A stretch of DNA of 64,000 nucleotides from Candidatus Woesearchaeota archaeon CG10_big_fil_rev_8_21_14_0_10_44_13. GTDB taxonomy: Archaea; Nanobdellota; Nanobdellia; Woesearchaeales; UBA12501. This document shows, one piece after another, positions 8,680 through 19,607 of this stretch (positions are counted from its first letter, which is position 1; each line of letters begins with the position of its first letter). The DNA lies in the NCBI GenBank assembly GCA_002762985.1, contig PCXZ01000030.1:11692-75691 (forward strand), given 5' to 3'. A program made the translations under genes and the position numbers. A model generated the notes under the pieces. It had not been told where the DNA came from. It did no database searches and was given only the letters and a program-made list of their open reading frames with translations.

Positions 8680-10110
8680 ATGGATTTAACAAAAAGATTG
8701 ATCAGGAATATAGCAAGTTTGTTTTGTTCAGAAGTAGTCAGCAGATTCCTGCTTTTTGTTGTCGGGATATATCTTGTGAGGTATCTTGGCGCAGAAGAGC
8801 TGGGAAAATACACATTTATAATCGTTTTTGTGGGTTTATTCGGGTTCATCGGTGATCTTGGTTTAAGCACGCTCCTGATAAGAGAGATAAGCTTTAACTT
8901 GAAAAAAACAAGGGAATATCTTGGTAATTTCCTGATGATACAGTTCATTCTTAGCATTATTGTTTTCTTTTTGATAATAATAACAATAAATGTTATTGAT
9001 TACCCTCCCCTAATCAAGAAAGCAGTTTATATAGCTGCGTCAGGCATATTTTTTGGCACTTTGCTCAAGCCATTTAGTTCGGTTTTAGCTGCCTACGAGG
9101 AGATGCATTATATGGCAGGGGTATCTTTTTTATCAAACCTTGCTAATGCCATTATGATAATAGGCATTATATGGCTAAAACAAGGTTTATTGGCGCTCAG
9201 CATAGTTTTTCTTATTTTTTATATATTCCAGTTCTTACTTTACGCTTTGTTTTGCTCCATAAAATGTGCAACACCTAAGTTTGTCATTAGATTTGAATTA
9301 TGGAAGCATCTTTCAAAAGAGGTCCTGCCTTTTTTTCTTATAATGTCTTTTGGCATACTCTACAATAAGATAGACATAATCATGCTCTCAAAGATGCAAG
9401 GGGATGCTGCAGTGGGTTATTATGGGGCAGCATACAAGATAATAGACCTTCTCATTGTTTTATCCTCCATACTGGGGGGGGTGATATTCCCGGTGTTATC
9501 AAAATATTTTGCAAAGAAAGATATGGTTTCATTAAAGAAAGTAGGGTATAAGGCCATAAAGTACCTTGCTTCCTTATCGCTGCCAATAGCAGTCGGAACC
9601 ACCTTGCTCTCTGCAAGGATAATAATCTTCCTTTTTGGGGCAGAGTTCGGGGCTTCTTCTGTGGCGCTTACAATCCTCATATGGGTGATCCCCCTGCAGT
9701 TCATATTAGGGATAATATATAACATATTATTAAGCGTAAAAAAAACAATATTGTACGCAAAGATAATGGGTTTTGGCGTTCTTCTTAATATCCTCTTAAA
9801 TCTGGTACTTATCCCAGAGTATAGCTATATTGGTGCAAGTATCTCGACGCTTGCCTCTGAATTGACAATATTCCTCATAGTGATGTTCATGGTAAGGAAG
9901 CATTTGTTTTTATGGACAATAATCAAAGATTATTTACCTATAATATTCTCTGTTTTGATCATGGCCGCATTCATTTTCATATCTAAAAGTCTTGAAGTAT
10001 GGGCCATAATCCTCCTGTCGGCAGCGGCATATTTCATATCTCTTTATTTGACAAAATTTTTAAAAGATGGCGAAATCGATTTATTCAGGGGGCTATTTTT
10101 CAAGAACTAG
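8680..10110 (+). CDS. Wzx/RfbX-type oligosaccharide flippase (MOP superfamily)
   Basis: About 12-14 TM segments; LVRYLGAEELGKY, DLGLSTLLIREI, KIDIIMLSKM, VGYYGAAYKI, YIGASISTL. Confidence 0.88.
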   Translation: MDLTKRLIRNIASLFCSEVVSRFLLFVVGIYLVRYLGAEELGKYTFIIVFVGLFGFIGDLGLSTLLIREISFNLKKTREYLGNFLMIQFILSIIVFFLIIITINVIDYPPLIKKAVYIAASGIFFGTLLKPFSSVLAAYEEMHYMAGVSFLSNLANAIMIIGIIWLKQGLLALSIVFLIFYIFQFLLYALFCSIKCATPKFVIRFELWKHLSKEVLPFFLIMSFGILYNKIDIIMLSKMQGDAAVGYYGAAYKIIDLLIVLSSILGGVIFPVLSKYFAKKDMVSLKKVGYKAIKYLASLSLPIAVGTTLLSARIIIFLFGAEFGASSVALTILIWVIPLQFILGIIYNILLSVKKTILYAKIMGFGVLLNILLNLVLIPEYSYIGASISTLASELTIFLIVMFMVRKHLFLWTIIKDYLPIIFSVLIMAAFIFISKSLEVWAIILLSAAAYFISLYLTKFLKDGEIDLFRGLFFKN

Positions 10111-10118
10111 GCAATAAA

Positions 10119-11579
10119 ATGAGAGTAATGCTATTAAATCCACCTTATATAAGTACGTCAAAGTATGGCAAGCCGCCTCTTTTTGCGATGGCCATCCCTT
10201 TAGGAATAGGGTATATAGGTGCAGTACTGAAAAAAGGGGGGTTTGATGTCAGGGTCAAGGATATGTATTTCATGAGCTGGAAAGAATGTGAGGGTGCAAT
10301 AAGAGAATATGGGCCTTCTATTGTGGGCATAAGCTGCCTCACTGAACAGAGGATGAGCGCTTTTAAGCTCGCAGATATTGTTAAAAAGATAGATAAGGAT
10401 ATCATGGTCGTAGTGGGCGGGCATCACGCCTCTTATATGTACAGGCAAGTGCTGGAAAAATATGAATCAGTGGATATAGTTGTGATAGGGGAGGGCGAAG
10501 AAACCATGATTGAGATTGTCAGCCGCCTTAAGAAAAAAAATCATAAGCTTGATGGAATAAAAGGGATCGCTTACAGAAAAGGAGGTAAAATAATATTCAA
10601 CGGCTGCAGAGAACCGATAAAAGATCTTGACACCGTGCCTTTTCCGCTATACGATGAGTATGATTTAGATGTGTACAGGGAGCACGAAAACTTCAAGAAT
10701 ATCACAATAGGCGGTAAAAAGATAAAGGATATGAAATCTGCTACAATAATCACCTCAAGAGGATGCCCGTTTAAATGCCAGTTCTGCTCCTCTTCTGTGT
10801 TCTGGGGAAGAAGATGGAGGTTCAGGTCGGCAGAGAATGTGTTGGATGAGATTGAACTCCTGAATAAAAGGTATAAAGTCACTCATTTCAATATAGAGGA
10901 TGATGCTTTCACCATAGATAAAAAAAGGACAAAGGAGATATGTGAAGGCATGATAAAAAGGAGATTGAAAGTGGCTTGGACATGCACTACTAGGATAACA
11001 AGCCTTTCATCGGATCTTGTAAAGATCATGAAAGACTCGGGATGTTATCTTGTTGCAGTCGGCGTGGAATCTGGAAGCCAAAAAATACTTGATTCGATCC
11101 ATAAATCCCTTAGCGTAAAGGACATAATCAGTGGTTTTGAGATGTTGAGAAAGGCCAAGATGATGTCGACTGCCTTGTTAATGGTCGGGAATCCGGGAGA
11201 GGATGAAGGAACTGTGAATGAGACAGTAGATCTGATAAAAAAAATAAGGCCGTTTAGACTTGGGCTCTCTATAACCATGGTCTTCCCTGAGACTGAACTT
11301 TACCAGATTGCAAAGAAAAAAGGACTTTTGAGGGATGATTATTGGTTAAGTGAACTGCCTCCCCCATACTATACTCCGGAGAATAGTATCAAACAGCTAA
11401 AAAAGTGGTGGAATAAGATATTCTATGCATGGTGCATTTCAAGGGGGGAATATGGTCTTCTCTTGAAAAGATTAGTCAACTCAGAAATCATCTCGGCGAG
11501 AGATTTTATTGAAGTGGTTACAGGATATAAGATATCAAGAAGGGGTTTTGAAAAGGTCCCTAAAATGGTGGGTGCATGA
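10119..11579 (+). CDS. Cobalamin-dependent radical SAM protein
   Basis: Likely start MRVMLLNPP at 10119; PLGIGYI, GGHH, GEGE B12-binding domain; TSRGCPFKCQFC (CxxxCxxC); GVESGS. Confidence 0.92.
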   Translation: MRVMLLNPPYISTSKYGKPPLFAMAIPLGIGYIGAVLKKGGFDVRVKDMYFMSWKECEGAIREYGPSIVGISCLTEQRMSAFKLADIVKKIDKDIMVVVGGHHASYMYRQVLEKYESVDIVVIGEGEETMIEIVSRLKKKNHKLDGIKGIAYRKGGKIIFNGCREPIKDLDTVPFPLYDEYDLDVYREHENFKNITIGGKKIKDMKSATIITSRGCPFKCQFCSSSVFWGRRWRFRSAENVLDEIELLNKRYKVTHFNIEDDAFTIDKKRTKEICEGMIKRRLKVAWTCTTRITSLSSDLVKIMKDSGCYLVAVGVESGSQKILDSIHKSLSVKDIISGFEMLRKAKMMSTALLMVGNPGEDEGTVNETVDLIKKIRPFRLGLSITMVFPETELYQIAKKKGLLRDDYWLSELPPPYYTPENSIKQLKKWWNKIFYAWCISRGEYGLLLKRLVNSEIISARDFIEVVTGYKISRRGFEKVPKMVGA

Positions 11580-12475
11580 CAAACAGAACAAACAGGTGCA
11601 TTTTATGCGGCTCAGGCAGGAAATCAAAAGAGTATGCCATTGGGTCGAAGGGAATCTACAAGTGTGATTCTTGCGGCCTTATATTCACTCTCCCACAGAA
11701 CAGGCTAACCCAATTCTCAGAGAAACAGAAAGCGATTTATGAAGGGGAAATGTACAGAAAAATGTATTTCTCAATAAGGAAAAAGATATGCCATCGCGCA
11801 GAAAAAAGGCTGGAGGAGATATCAAGCTATAGAACAACAGGAAGTATACTTGATGAAGGGTGCAGTTATGGGTTCTTTTTGGAGGTTGCATCAGAAAAAG
11901 GATGGGAGAGCTACGGAACCGAGATAAATAAGCCTGCCGCAGATTATTCAAGAAAGCTTGGCGCAAAGGTTTCGAACTGTTTTACAGAGGATGCCAAGCT
12001 CAAAAAGAATTTTTTTGATGCCATCACCATGTGGGATGTCCTTGAACATACTGAAAATCCGGTCAAACACCTCATATTTGTTAGGGGGCTCCTGAAAAAA
12101 GGAGGTATTATTGCAGTACAACTTCCTAATATAGATAGCATTGCATCAAAGATTGCTGGGAAAAAATGGGCATGGCTTTGCCCCGACGATCATATGTATC
12201 ATTTTTCTGTAAAAACCCTGACGAGAGCGATCAAAGAAGCAGGATATGATATGATAGAGATGAGAACCTGGGAAGATCCGACAGTCATAGTCGATTCTAT
12301 TGTTGCGAGGATAAAATCCGACAATAATAAAGCCATGAATAGTGCAATAGACAAAATTGCAATACCTTTTTATATTTTCATGAATAAGGTGGGTTTTTTA
12401 TTCTACCCTTATCATTGGATCATCAAAAAATACAATAAAGGAGGCTTGATTCTTGCATATGCAAAAAATAAATGA
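11576..12475 (+). CDS. Class I SAM-dependent methyltransferase with N-terminal Zn-ribbon
   Basis: CILCGS...CDSCGL; ILDEGCSYGFFL, FDAITMWDVLEH, LKKGG, HMYHFS. Confidence 0.88.
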   Translation: MTNRTNRCILCGSGRKSKEYAIGSKGIYKCDSCGLIFTLPQNRLTQFSEKQKAIYEGEMYRKMYFSIRKKICHRAEKRLEEISSYRTTGSILDEGCSYGFFLEVASEKGWESYGTEINKPAADYSRKLGAKVSNCFTEDAKLKKNFFDAITMWDVLEHTENPVKHLIFVRGLLKKGGIIAVQLPNIDSIASKIAGKKWAWLCPDDHMYHFSVKTLTRAIKEAGYDMIEMRTWEDPTVIVDSIVARIKSDNNKAMNSAIDKIAIPFYIFMNKVGFLFYPYHWIIKKYNKGGLILAYAKNK

Positions 12476-13235
12476 AGGAAAGAGTATATCTGCAGTCATA
12501 GTCACAAAAAATGAGGAAGAGAACATAAAAGACTGCCTTGAGAGCATAAAATGGGTAGATGAGATAGTTATAGTTGATGATTTCAGCACAGATAAAACGC
12601 GGGGCATCGCAATAGATTATGGGGCAAGAGTATACCAAAAAAAATGGAGGGGGTATTCCAGGACAAAAAACTATGCTGTAAGTCTTGCAAGAGGCCCGTG
12701 GATCCTCTTGATAGATGCAGACGAGGTCTTAAGCAAAGGCCTAAAAGAAGAGATATTGCATGAATTGGGTAATGATAATAATGAAGTTTATAGGATTCTC
12801 ATAGCTGAATTTCTTATGGGAAGGGATATAAACGGCAATAGTGGGGAAGGGATGATAAGGCTGTTCAGGAAAGGAAGCGGGCGCTTTATGGGTGAGGTTC
12901 ATGAGAAATTTTCCATTGATCGGATCAAGGTCAAAAAGATGAGGACACTCAGAAATCCCTTGTTTCATGACAGAAAAAGGACCATAGAAAGATTGATCTC
13001 GAAGATAGATAAGTATTCATCAATTGAAGCAGAAGGGCTCTACAAAAAAGGGTTTAGGCCAGGAATCATAAAGATTCTATTCTCCCCCCCCATCTATTTT
13101 TTCAGGTCGTATATAATTGAAAGAAGGTTTTTAAAGGGAAAGCCAGGGCTAGTCTACTCAACACTTATGTCATATTATGTTTTCCTGAACCTGGCAAAGA
13201 CAAAAGAGATGGACATGAAAAATGAGAAAGGATAA
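12453..13235 (+). CDS. GT2 glycosyltransferase, WaaE/KdtX/LgtF-like
   Basis: SAVIVTKNEEENIKDCLES, DDFSTDKT, WILLIDADE, VHE, KIDKYSSIEA, FLKGKPG. Confidence 0.88.
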   Translation: MHMQKINEGKSISAVIVTKNEEENIKDCLESIKWVDEIVIVDDFSTDKTRGIAIDYGARVYQKKWRGYSRTKNYAVSLARGPWILLIDADEVLSKGLKEEILHELGNDNNEVYRILIAEFLMGRDINGNSGEGMIRLFRKGSGRFMGEVHEKFSIDRIKVKKMRTLRNPLFHDRKRTIERLISKIDKYSSIEAEGLYKKGFRPGIIKILFSPPIYFFRSYIIERRFLKGKPGLVYSTLMSYYVFLNLAKTKEMDMKNEKG

Positions 13236-13992
13236 GGATTATTTTTTGGAAAGAGCATATCCTAATATGGAAGATAGGACAACGTTCCTTGAACATATAG
13301 TAAGATACAGGTTTGCGCTTGATTTTGTGAAAGGAAAAGTTGTTCTTGATGATGCTTGTGGTACAGGATATGGGACAGCAATACTCTCAAAGAAGGCTAA
13401 AAAGGCAATAGGTATTGATGCGTCGGATAAGGCCATCAAACTTTCAAAAAAAGGTTTTCATGGAAATAATCTTGGATTTGAGCAGATGGACAGCACAAAA
13501 CTCAGGTTCAAGGATAATTCGTTTGATGTTGTTTGTTCTTTTGAAACCATAGAACACATAAAAAACCAGGAACTATTCCTTAAAGAAGCGGCAAGAGTTC
13601 TTAAGAAAGATGGAATTTTGATTATATCCACACCAAATAAAGAGTTTTTTAAAAAAATAAACAGCAAGCCAAATCCATTTCATAAGAAAGAGTTGTCTTT
13701 TGACGAGTTCGATGGGTTGCTGGCCAAATTCTTTGTAAATATGGGCTTTTTTGGTCAGAAAAACCTTAAGATGAGCGGTTCCTTGAGACATGAAAAGTTA
13801 ATTAAGCTTGTTTCAGTGCTGGATATATTCGGATTGAGAATGATATTCAGGAAGAGCGTAAGAGACGAGGTTAGGAAAAAAGCCACATGCGTCATCGGGG
13901 GTTCAGTACCTGAAGAGATCACCCTTAAGGATATAAAAATAACAAAAAATCTTGATGATGCACAGTATTTCATAGCAGTATGCATAAAGTGA
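13222..13992 (+). CDS. Class I SAM-dependent methyltransferase
   Basis: EHIVRYRFA, VLDDACGTGYG, FDVVCSFETIEH, LKKDGILIISTPN, NPFHKKEL. Confidence 0.9.
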   Translation: MRKDKDYFLERAYPNMEDRTTFLEHIVRYRFALDFVKGKVVLDDACGTGYGTAILSKKAKKAIGIDASDKAIKLSKKGFHGNNLGFEQMDSTKLRFKDNSFDVVCSFETIEHIKNQELFLKEAARVLKKDGILIISTPNKEFFKKINSKPNPFHKKELSFDEFDGLLAKFFVNMGFFGQKNLKMSGSLRHEKLIKLVSVLDIFGLRMIFRKSVRDEVRKKATCVIGGSVPEEITLKDIKITKNLDDAQYFIAVCIK

Positions 13993-14002
13993 GGAAGTAA
14001 AA

Positions 14003-15523
14003 ATGAGCCTTGATCCATCTAAGAGTCCAGATAAAAAAATTGATAGGATAATGCTCATACAACCGCCATACACTATCCTGAAGGATATGCCAAAGGGCTG
14101 CCAACCCCCTCTTGGCCTGGCATATATAGCGGCAGTTCTGGAGAATGAAGCGTATGGTGTCAAGATATTAGATGCTGTTGCTGAAGGATTCAATGATGAA
14201 GTCAAATTGAATGGAGGTTTCATCAAGTATGGATTATCATGGGATGAAATAAAGGAGAGGATATCAGATTTCAAACCTGATATGGTGGGAGTCTCCTGCT
14301 TGTTCTCGATGCAGTCGCAAAATGCACATAAAGTGTGTGAGATAGCAAAAAAAGTCGACAGCAGGGTATATACTGTTCTCGGAGGCGCGCACCCCACATC
14401 CTGCCCGAAAGAAGTCATGGAAGACAAGAATGTTGATTTTATTGTTTTGGGGGAAGGAGAGCGCTCTTTCTTAGAACTGATCAAAAAGTTAGAAAAAGGG
14501 CATAAAAATTCTTTATCCGATATTGATGGCATTGTTTTCAGAAAGAATAATAAGACAATAATAAACCCAAAAACAAGGTTTATCGAGGATCTTGACGGGC
14601 TGCCGTTTCCTGCCCGCCATCTTCTGCCAATGGACAAATATTTCAGGATAAACAAGCCGCATGGCAGCATGGCAAAGAAATCCCCTAACACCCCCTTGAT
14701 AACGTCAAGAGGTTGTCCTGCGAATTGCATCTTCTGTTCCATAAAAGGGGTGTGGGGCAAGAAGTTCAGGTCAAGAAGCCCCGAGAATGTTCTTCTTGAG
14801 TTAGAGCACCTCAAAAAACAATATGGTATAAAGGAGATCCAATTTGAAGATGATAACCTTACTTTCAATAAAGAAAGGGCAGAAAGGATTTTTGATATGA
14901 TGGTAGAGAACAATCTAGACATGAGCTGGACAACCCCCAATGGCGTTGCTCTGTGGGCCCTTAACGAAAGCCTGATAAAAAAGATGAAAAATAGCGGATG
15001 CTATAGGTTATGCTTTGCCATCGAATCAGGGGATCCTTATGTCCTGAATAAGATAATAAAGAAACCATTGGACCTGAATCACGCAAAGAGGATAATAAAA
15101 TATGCGAAGAAAGAAGGCATTGAATCGGACGCTTTCTTTGTTGTAGGTTTCCCAGAAGAGACAAAGGAACAGATCAAGAGGACGTTCAGGTTCGCAAGGG
15201 ATTTGGATGTCGACAATGTGAATTTCTTCATAGCTACTCCTTACCCCGGCACAGAATTATATGATCAATGCAGGAAAAAAGGAATCCTAGGTGATTTTTC
15301 TGATTATTCCTGCTTGAATGTCAAGAAAGCGAGCATAGAAACGGATAATTTTTCAAGAAAATATCTTGAAAGGGAAGTTGCTGTCCAAGGGATGCTTTTC
15401 AGGTTGAATCTTCTCATAAGGCATCCCATGGTGTTCTTTAACAGAGTTGTGGTGAGGTTCTTTAGACAGCCCGGATTCTTTGTCTCATATGCTTTAAGGA
15501 TTTTAAAGAACATGCTTAGCTGA
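14003..15523 (+). CDS. Cobalamin-dependent radical SAM protein
   Basis: QPPLGLAYIAAVLE, GGAHPT, GEGE; TSRGCPANCIFC; AIESG; TPYPGTELY. Confidence 0.92.
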   Translation: MSLDPSKSPDKKIDRIMLIQPPYTILKDMPKGCQPPLGLAYIAAVLENEAYGVKILDAVAEGFNDEVKLNGGFIKYGLSWDEIKERISDFKPDMVGVSCLFSMQSQNAHKVCEIAKKVDSRVYTVLGGAHPTSCPKEVMEDKNVDFIVLGEGERSFLELIKKLEKGHKNSLSDIDGIVFRKNNKTIINPKTRFIEDLDGLPFPARHLLPMDKYFRINKPHGSMAKKSPNTPLITSRGCPANCIFCSIKGVWGKKFRSRSPENVLLELEHLKKQYGIKEIQFEDDNLTFNKERAERIFDMMVENNLDMSWTTPNGVALWALNESLIKKMKNSGCYRLCFAIESGDPYVLNKIIKKPLDLNHAKRIIKYAKKEGIESDAFFVVGFPEETKEQIKRTFRFARDLDVDNVNFFIATPYPGTELYDQCRKKGILGDFSDYSCLNVKKASIETDNFSRKYLEREVAVQGMLFRLNLLIRHPMVFFNRVVVRFFRQPGFFVSYALRILKNMLS

Positions 15524-15530
15524 GGATAGT

Positions 15531-16442
15531 ATGAAAAAGCCAAAAGTTTCGATAATAATATTGAATTGGAACCAGCATGATGATACTGCTGAATGCCTTA
15601 GATCGATAAGATTAATCGATTATGGGAATTATGAGGTTATTGTGGTTGATAATGGGAGTGAAGATGGATCTGAAAAGAGGATAAAAAAAGAGTTCCCAGA
15701 GATAAAACTTGTAAAAAACAATGAAAATTTAGGGTTTACAGGTGGCAACAATAGAGGAATAGGCCTTGCAATGGGTAAAGGCGCCGATTATGTCCTTTTA
15801 CTTAACAACGACACCATAGTCAAAAAAGATTTCCTTAGCAGACTTGTCCAAGCAGCAGAAAGCGATAGAAATATAGGGATTGTAGGTCCCAAAATATATT
15901 ATTTTGATGACCCAAAAAAAGTATGGTTTACAGGGGGTAAAATAGACTGGAACAGGGGCAAAGTCAGTATAGTTGATGAAAAAAAAGACAGCAGAATGTC
16001 TGAGAAAGGCATTGTTGTTGATTATGTAGGTGGATGCGCAATGCTGATAAAAAGAGAAGTCATAAACAAGATAGGTGCGCTTGATGAAAGATTTTTTATA
16101 TATTTTGAAGAAACCGATATGAGTATAAGGATAAAAAAAGCAGGGTATAAAGTTGTATATTTACCCCTAGCACAGATATGGCACAAAGTATCAAGGAAGA
16201 TGGGAAAAGAAAGCCCATCAACACTTTATTATTATACAAGGAACAGGCCTCTTTTCATAAGAAAGAATGGAACTCTTCATAACAAAATAGTCTTTTATCC
16301 ATACTATATCTACGAATTTGTGATAACTCCTTTTGTATATCAAAGTGTGGTGAAAATGGACCTTAAAAAGGCAATGGCTATTGCTAAGGGGTTTTATGAT
16401 TTTTTGACGGGAAATTTTGGGAAAGCAAGGTGGATATTATGA
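15531..16442 (+). CDS. GT2 glycosyltransferase (rhamnosyltransferase-like)
   Basis: IIILNWN, VDNGSEDGS, NLGFTGGNN, LLNNDT, YFEETD, IWHK. Confidence 0.9.
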   Translation: MKKPKVSIIILNWNQHDDTAECLRSIRLIDYGNYEVIVVDNGSEDGSEKRIKKEFPEIKLVKNNENLGFTGGNNRGIGLAMGKGADYVLLLNNDTIVKKDFLSRLVQAAESDRNIGIVGPKIYYFDDPKKVWFTGGKIDWNRGKVSIVDEKKDSRMSEKGIVVDYVGGCAMLIKREVINKIGALDERFFIYFEETDMSIRIKKAGYKVVYLPLAQIWHKVSRKMGKESPSTLYYYTRNRPLFIRKNGTLHNKIVFYPYYIYEFVITPFVYQSVVKMDLKKAMAIAKGFYDFLTGNFGKARWIL

Positions 16443-17326
16443 TAAATGACCCGAATTACAAAATGCAAAAAAGAATATATGAGAAATATTCAAAGAAGGG
16501 AGAAGGATATGAGAGTTTTAGTGAAATCTTCAACCTGACCAACTCCAACCACCTAAGAATGATAAAGAAGCTTGGTATGAAAAAAGGAGACAAAGTTCTA
16601 GATGTAGGGTGTGCATCAGGAAATCTGATGAGAATATTATCAAAAAAGTATGGCATAAGGGGGTATGGGATTGACATAACCCCCACATCAATAATCAGGG
16701 CTAAAAAACTCCTGAAAAATTGTGATTTTTGCGTGTCAAGGGCAGAGAAACTTAAATTCAAAGATAATTACTTTGATTTTGTTGTGAGTTTTGGTTGCCT
16801 TGAGCATGTTTCTGATTTTAATAAATCAATATCAGAAATAAAAAGGGTGCTTAAACGGGGCGGAAAGGCGCTTATATGGATGCCAAACAAGGATAATAGA
16901 TATAGCTTGCACTGGCTTGACGGGAAAATCAACCCAAAAAAACAGAGAGAGGATATGGAAAGAGCAGGACATGATTATAATAGGATACCTTCTTCAGACA
17001 CCATACTCGGTACCGTTATAAAAAACAGGATGAGAATATGTGAATATAAATTCTATGACTCGTTTCTTCAGCCGTTCTATGATTACAAGATAATGCCATT
17101 TAACTCAAGGTTGTTGAGATGGCTTGCGAAATGCGTTTATGGGAAAGATAAGATTAAAGATGAGGTACATCTTAAACATGTTAAGGAGGTCAGTGAAAAA
17201 AGAGCAAAAATCTATAAGATTTATAAGATGATTCTCCCATTTGTGCGATTTGTGTGCATTCCTGATAAGATATTCTCAAAATTAAGGGTAGGTGCTTCAA
17301 TATATGTGATTATGGAGAAAGAATGA
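16430..17326 (+). CDS. Class I SAM-dependent methyltransferase
   Basis: VLDVGCASG, GIDIT, FDFVVSFGCLEHV, RVLKRGG. Confidence 0.88.
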   Translation: MDIMINDPNYKMQKRIYEKYSKKGEGYESFSEIFNLTNSNHLRMIKKLGMKKGDKVLDVGCASGNLMRILSKKYGIRGYGIDITPTSIIRAKKLLKNCDFCVSRAEKLKFKDNYFDFVVSFGCLEHVSDFNKSISEIKRVLKRGGKALIWMPNKDNRYSLHWLDGKINPKKQREDMERAGHDYNRIPSSDTILGTVIKNRMRICEYKFYDSFLQPFYDYKIMPFNSRLLRWLAKCVYGKDKIKDEVHLKHVKEVSEKRAKIYKIYKMILPFVRFVCIPDKIFSKLRVGASIYVIMEKE

Positions 17327-17327
17327 T

Positions 17328-18134
17328 ATGGCTCTCAATGAATTTAATAACATAAACAGGGAATGGCTTGAAGGGAACACATTAAAAAAGATAAAAGAGC
17401 ATATGGTGCTTCACAAAGGATTTATGGCCATAATAGATAAGACCGCGCAGAGAATCAATAAAGATAAGGTAAAATCCCTGGAGATAGGGTGCAGCACTGC
17501 GATAGACTCCTACCTTCTTGCTGAAAAAAACAAAAATATAGAGGCCCATTGCATTGATATCTCGCCGGAATCTATAAAAACTGTCAAGAGAATCGGCAAA
17601 CATTTCAGATTGGGAGTGTCTGCTGATGTGATGGATGCAGAGAGGATGGATTTCAAGGATGGTTTCTTTGATATTGTTTTCAGTCAGGGGGTCATTGAGC
17701 ATTTCAGGAATCCTGATAAAGTCATGGGAGAGCAGAAGAGGGTGCTGAAAAAAGGAGGGTTTTTGGTCATAGATGTCCCGCAAAAATACACGTTTTACAC
17801 GCTAATAAAACACAGACAGATAAGGAAGGGGACGTGGCCCTGGGGCTGGGAGACTGAATATTCAAAAAGACAACTGGTCAGGTTGGGCAAGAGGCACGGG
17901 TTGAGGCTAGAAAAGGTCTATGCTTATGGATATGATGGTTATATGGGGTTTCTGAGGCATCCTTTTAAAAAAGTGGCAAAAAGAAATATTTATAAAGGTT
18001 CTAAAGTTTTATTTGCCTTATGTAAGGCTTTATACGGCACAATAGGATGGATTTGGGATGCTTTGTGGGGGTTCGTTGAAAGAAATTTTGGCGTATATCT
18101 TATGATGTCTATTGTTGCTGTCTTCAGGAAATGA
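17328..18134 (+). CDS. Class I SAM-dependent methyltransferase
   Basis: SLEIGCS, CIDIS, FDIVFSQGVIEHF, RVLKKGG. Confidence 0.88.
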   Translation: MALNEFNNINREWLEGNTLKKIKEHMVLHKGFMAIIDKTAQRINKDKVKSLEIGCSTAIDSYLLAEKNKNIEAHCIDISPESIKTVKRIGKHFRLGVSADVMDAERMDFKDGFFDIVFSQGVIEHFRNPDKVMGEQKRVLKKGGFLVIDVPQKYTFYTLIKHRQIRKGTWPWGWETEYSKRQLVRLGKRHGLRLEKVYAYGYDGYMGFLRHPFKKVAKRNIYKGSKVLFALCKALYGTIGWIWDALWGFVERNFGVYLMMSIVAVFRK

Positions 18135-18155
18135 GCCTTACAAGGGGAAGTATCC

Positions 18156-19607
18156 ATGAAATTTAGCAGAGTATTGCTTGTAAATCCAAACTATTCCAAT
18201 AAATTCTTTGCTAAAGGGAGGGCTGTTCCGCGCGTAGGTCTGGGATATATAGCCCAGGTCCTTGAAGAAAGCAGAATAAAATATGGGGTGTTCGATGTTG
18301 ATCTTGGGTATTCTTTTAATGATTTAGTGAAGAGAATAAGGGTGTTTAGGCCGGATTTGATCGGCATAAGCATGATGACATTCAGATATAAGCAGATCTA
18401 TGCTGTTGCGGGCAAATTAAAAAAAATTTTTCCAGATATAAACATTGTTGCAGGCGGACCTCATGTTTCCACATTAAGAGAAAAGGTTTTGGAAGATTGC
18501 GCCAGCATTGACTATGCCATTGTCCTTGAAGGCGATGAAACGATCATTGAGCTTTGCAAGGGCAAGAACCTAAAAAAAATAAAGGGGCTCTTATGGAGAA
18601 ACAGTTATGGCAAAGTGATTTATAATGGTGATAGGCAGTTTATAGAAGATCTTGACAGGATCCCTTTCCCGAAATATGGCAAATTTGAGCTGAATAAGTA
18701 CGCTACGAAAACAATAGCCATCATCTCATCAAGGGGTTGTCCCTTCAACTGCATCTACTGCCCTGTCCGTGTTGCTATAGGGAGGAAATTCAGGGTAAAG
18801 AGCGTGAAAAATGTCCTAAATGAGATCAGATACTGGTACGATAAAGGGTATAGGAACTTTGATTTCATAGATGACAACTTTACCTTAATAAGAGAGAGAG
18901 TGGAGAGATTATGCGGACTTATAATGGAAGAAGGACTGAAGGACCTTAAGCTATCATGTCCTAACGGAGTAAGGGCTGACAGGGTTGATAGGGATCTTTT
19001 GATCAAGATGAAAAGGGCAGGATTCTGGCATCTTGCGTTTGGTGTTGAAAGCGGAAGCGATAAAATCCTTAAATTGATGAAAAAAGGCGAGGAATTGGAA
19101 GTAATTGAAAAGGCCATAAAAGAGGCATGCGGATTGGGATATGATGTGGGTTTATTTTTCATTTTTGGCCTGCCGGGAGAGACTGCAGAAGACATAAACA
19201 AGTCAGTAGGCCTGGCTTTGAAGTATCCGGTGAATGACGTGAAGTTCTATCCTGTGCTCCCTTACCCTAATACTGAGCTTTTTGATGATATCGAAGAAAA
19301 AGGTTATTTCATAATACCGCCGGAAGAATATCTGAATAGGATCAACCCTGTTGTCAACAATCCTGTTTTTGAGACCCCTGAATTGAGCGTGATGCAGAGA
19401 AAGAAGATGTTCGATTATCTAAAAGGGGTGGAGAGGGAGGTATACAACAGGAAAATAAGGCGGAAGTTCAAGAGATTCGGACTTGCGGGCCTGATAGCAT
19501 CATCCATTGTAAGCTCGAGGCCATTCCAGTATGCATACATAAGAAGCGGACTTTTTAACAGGATTATCTATAAGATAAAAAATAAGGGGTATATGAAAGA
19601 TGAGTGA
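18156..19607 (+). CDS. Cobalamin-dependent radical SAM protein
   Basis: RVGLGYIAQVL, AGGPHVS, EGDE; SSRGCPFNCIYC; FGVESGS; PYPNTELF. Confidence 0.92.
   Translation: MKFSRVLLVNPNYSNKFFAKGRAVPRVGLGYIAQVLEESRIKYGVFDVDLGYSFNDLVKRIRVFRPDLIGISMMTFRYKQIYAVAGKLKKIFPDINIVAGGPHVSTLREKVLEDCASIDYAIVLEGDETIIELCKGKNLKKIKGLLWRNSYGKVIYNGDRQFIEDLDRIPFPKYGKFELNKYATKTIAIISSRGCPFNCIYCPVRVAIGRKFRVKSVKNVLNEIRYWYDKGYRNFDFIDDNFTLIRERVERLCGLIMEEGLKDLKLSCPNGVRADRVDRDLLIKMKRAGFWHLAFGVESGSDKILKLMKKGEELEVIEKAIKEACGLGYDVGLFFIFGLPGETAEDINKSVGLALKYPVNDVKFYPVLPYPNTELFDDIEEKGYFIIPPEEYLNRINPVVNNPVFETPELSVMQRKKMFDYLKGVEREVYNRKIRRKFKRFGLAGLIASSIVSSRPFQYAYIRSGLFNRIIYKIKNKGYMKDE

Noticed and set aside
13903-14940. 345-aa minus-strand ORF
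   Set aside because: Antisense shadow of the radical SAM gene at 14003; no motifs, and typical of strand-biased codon usage.
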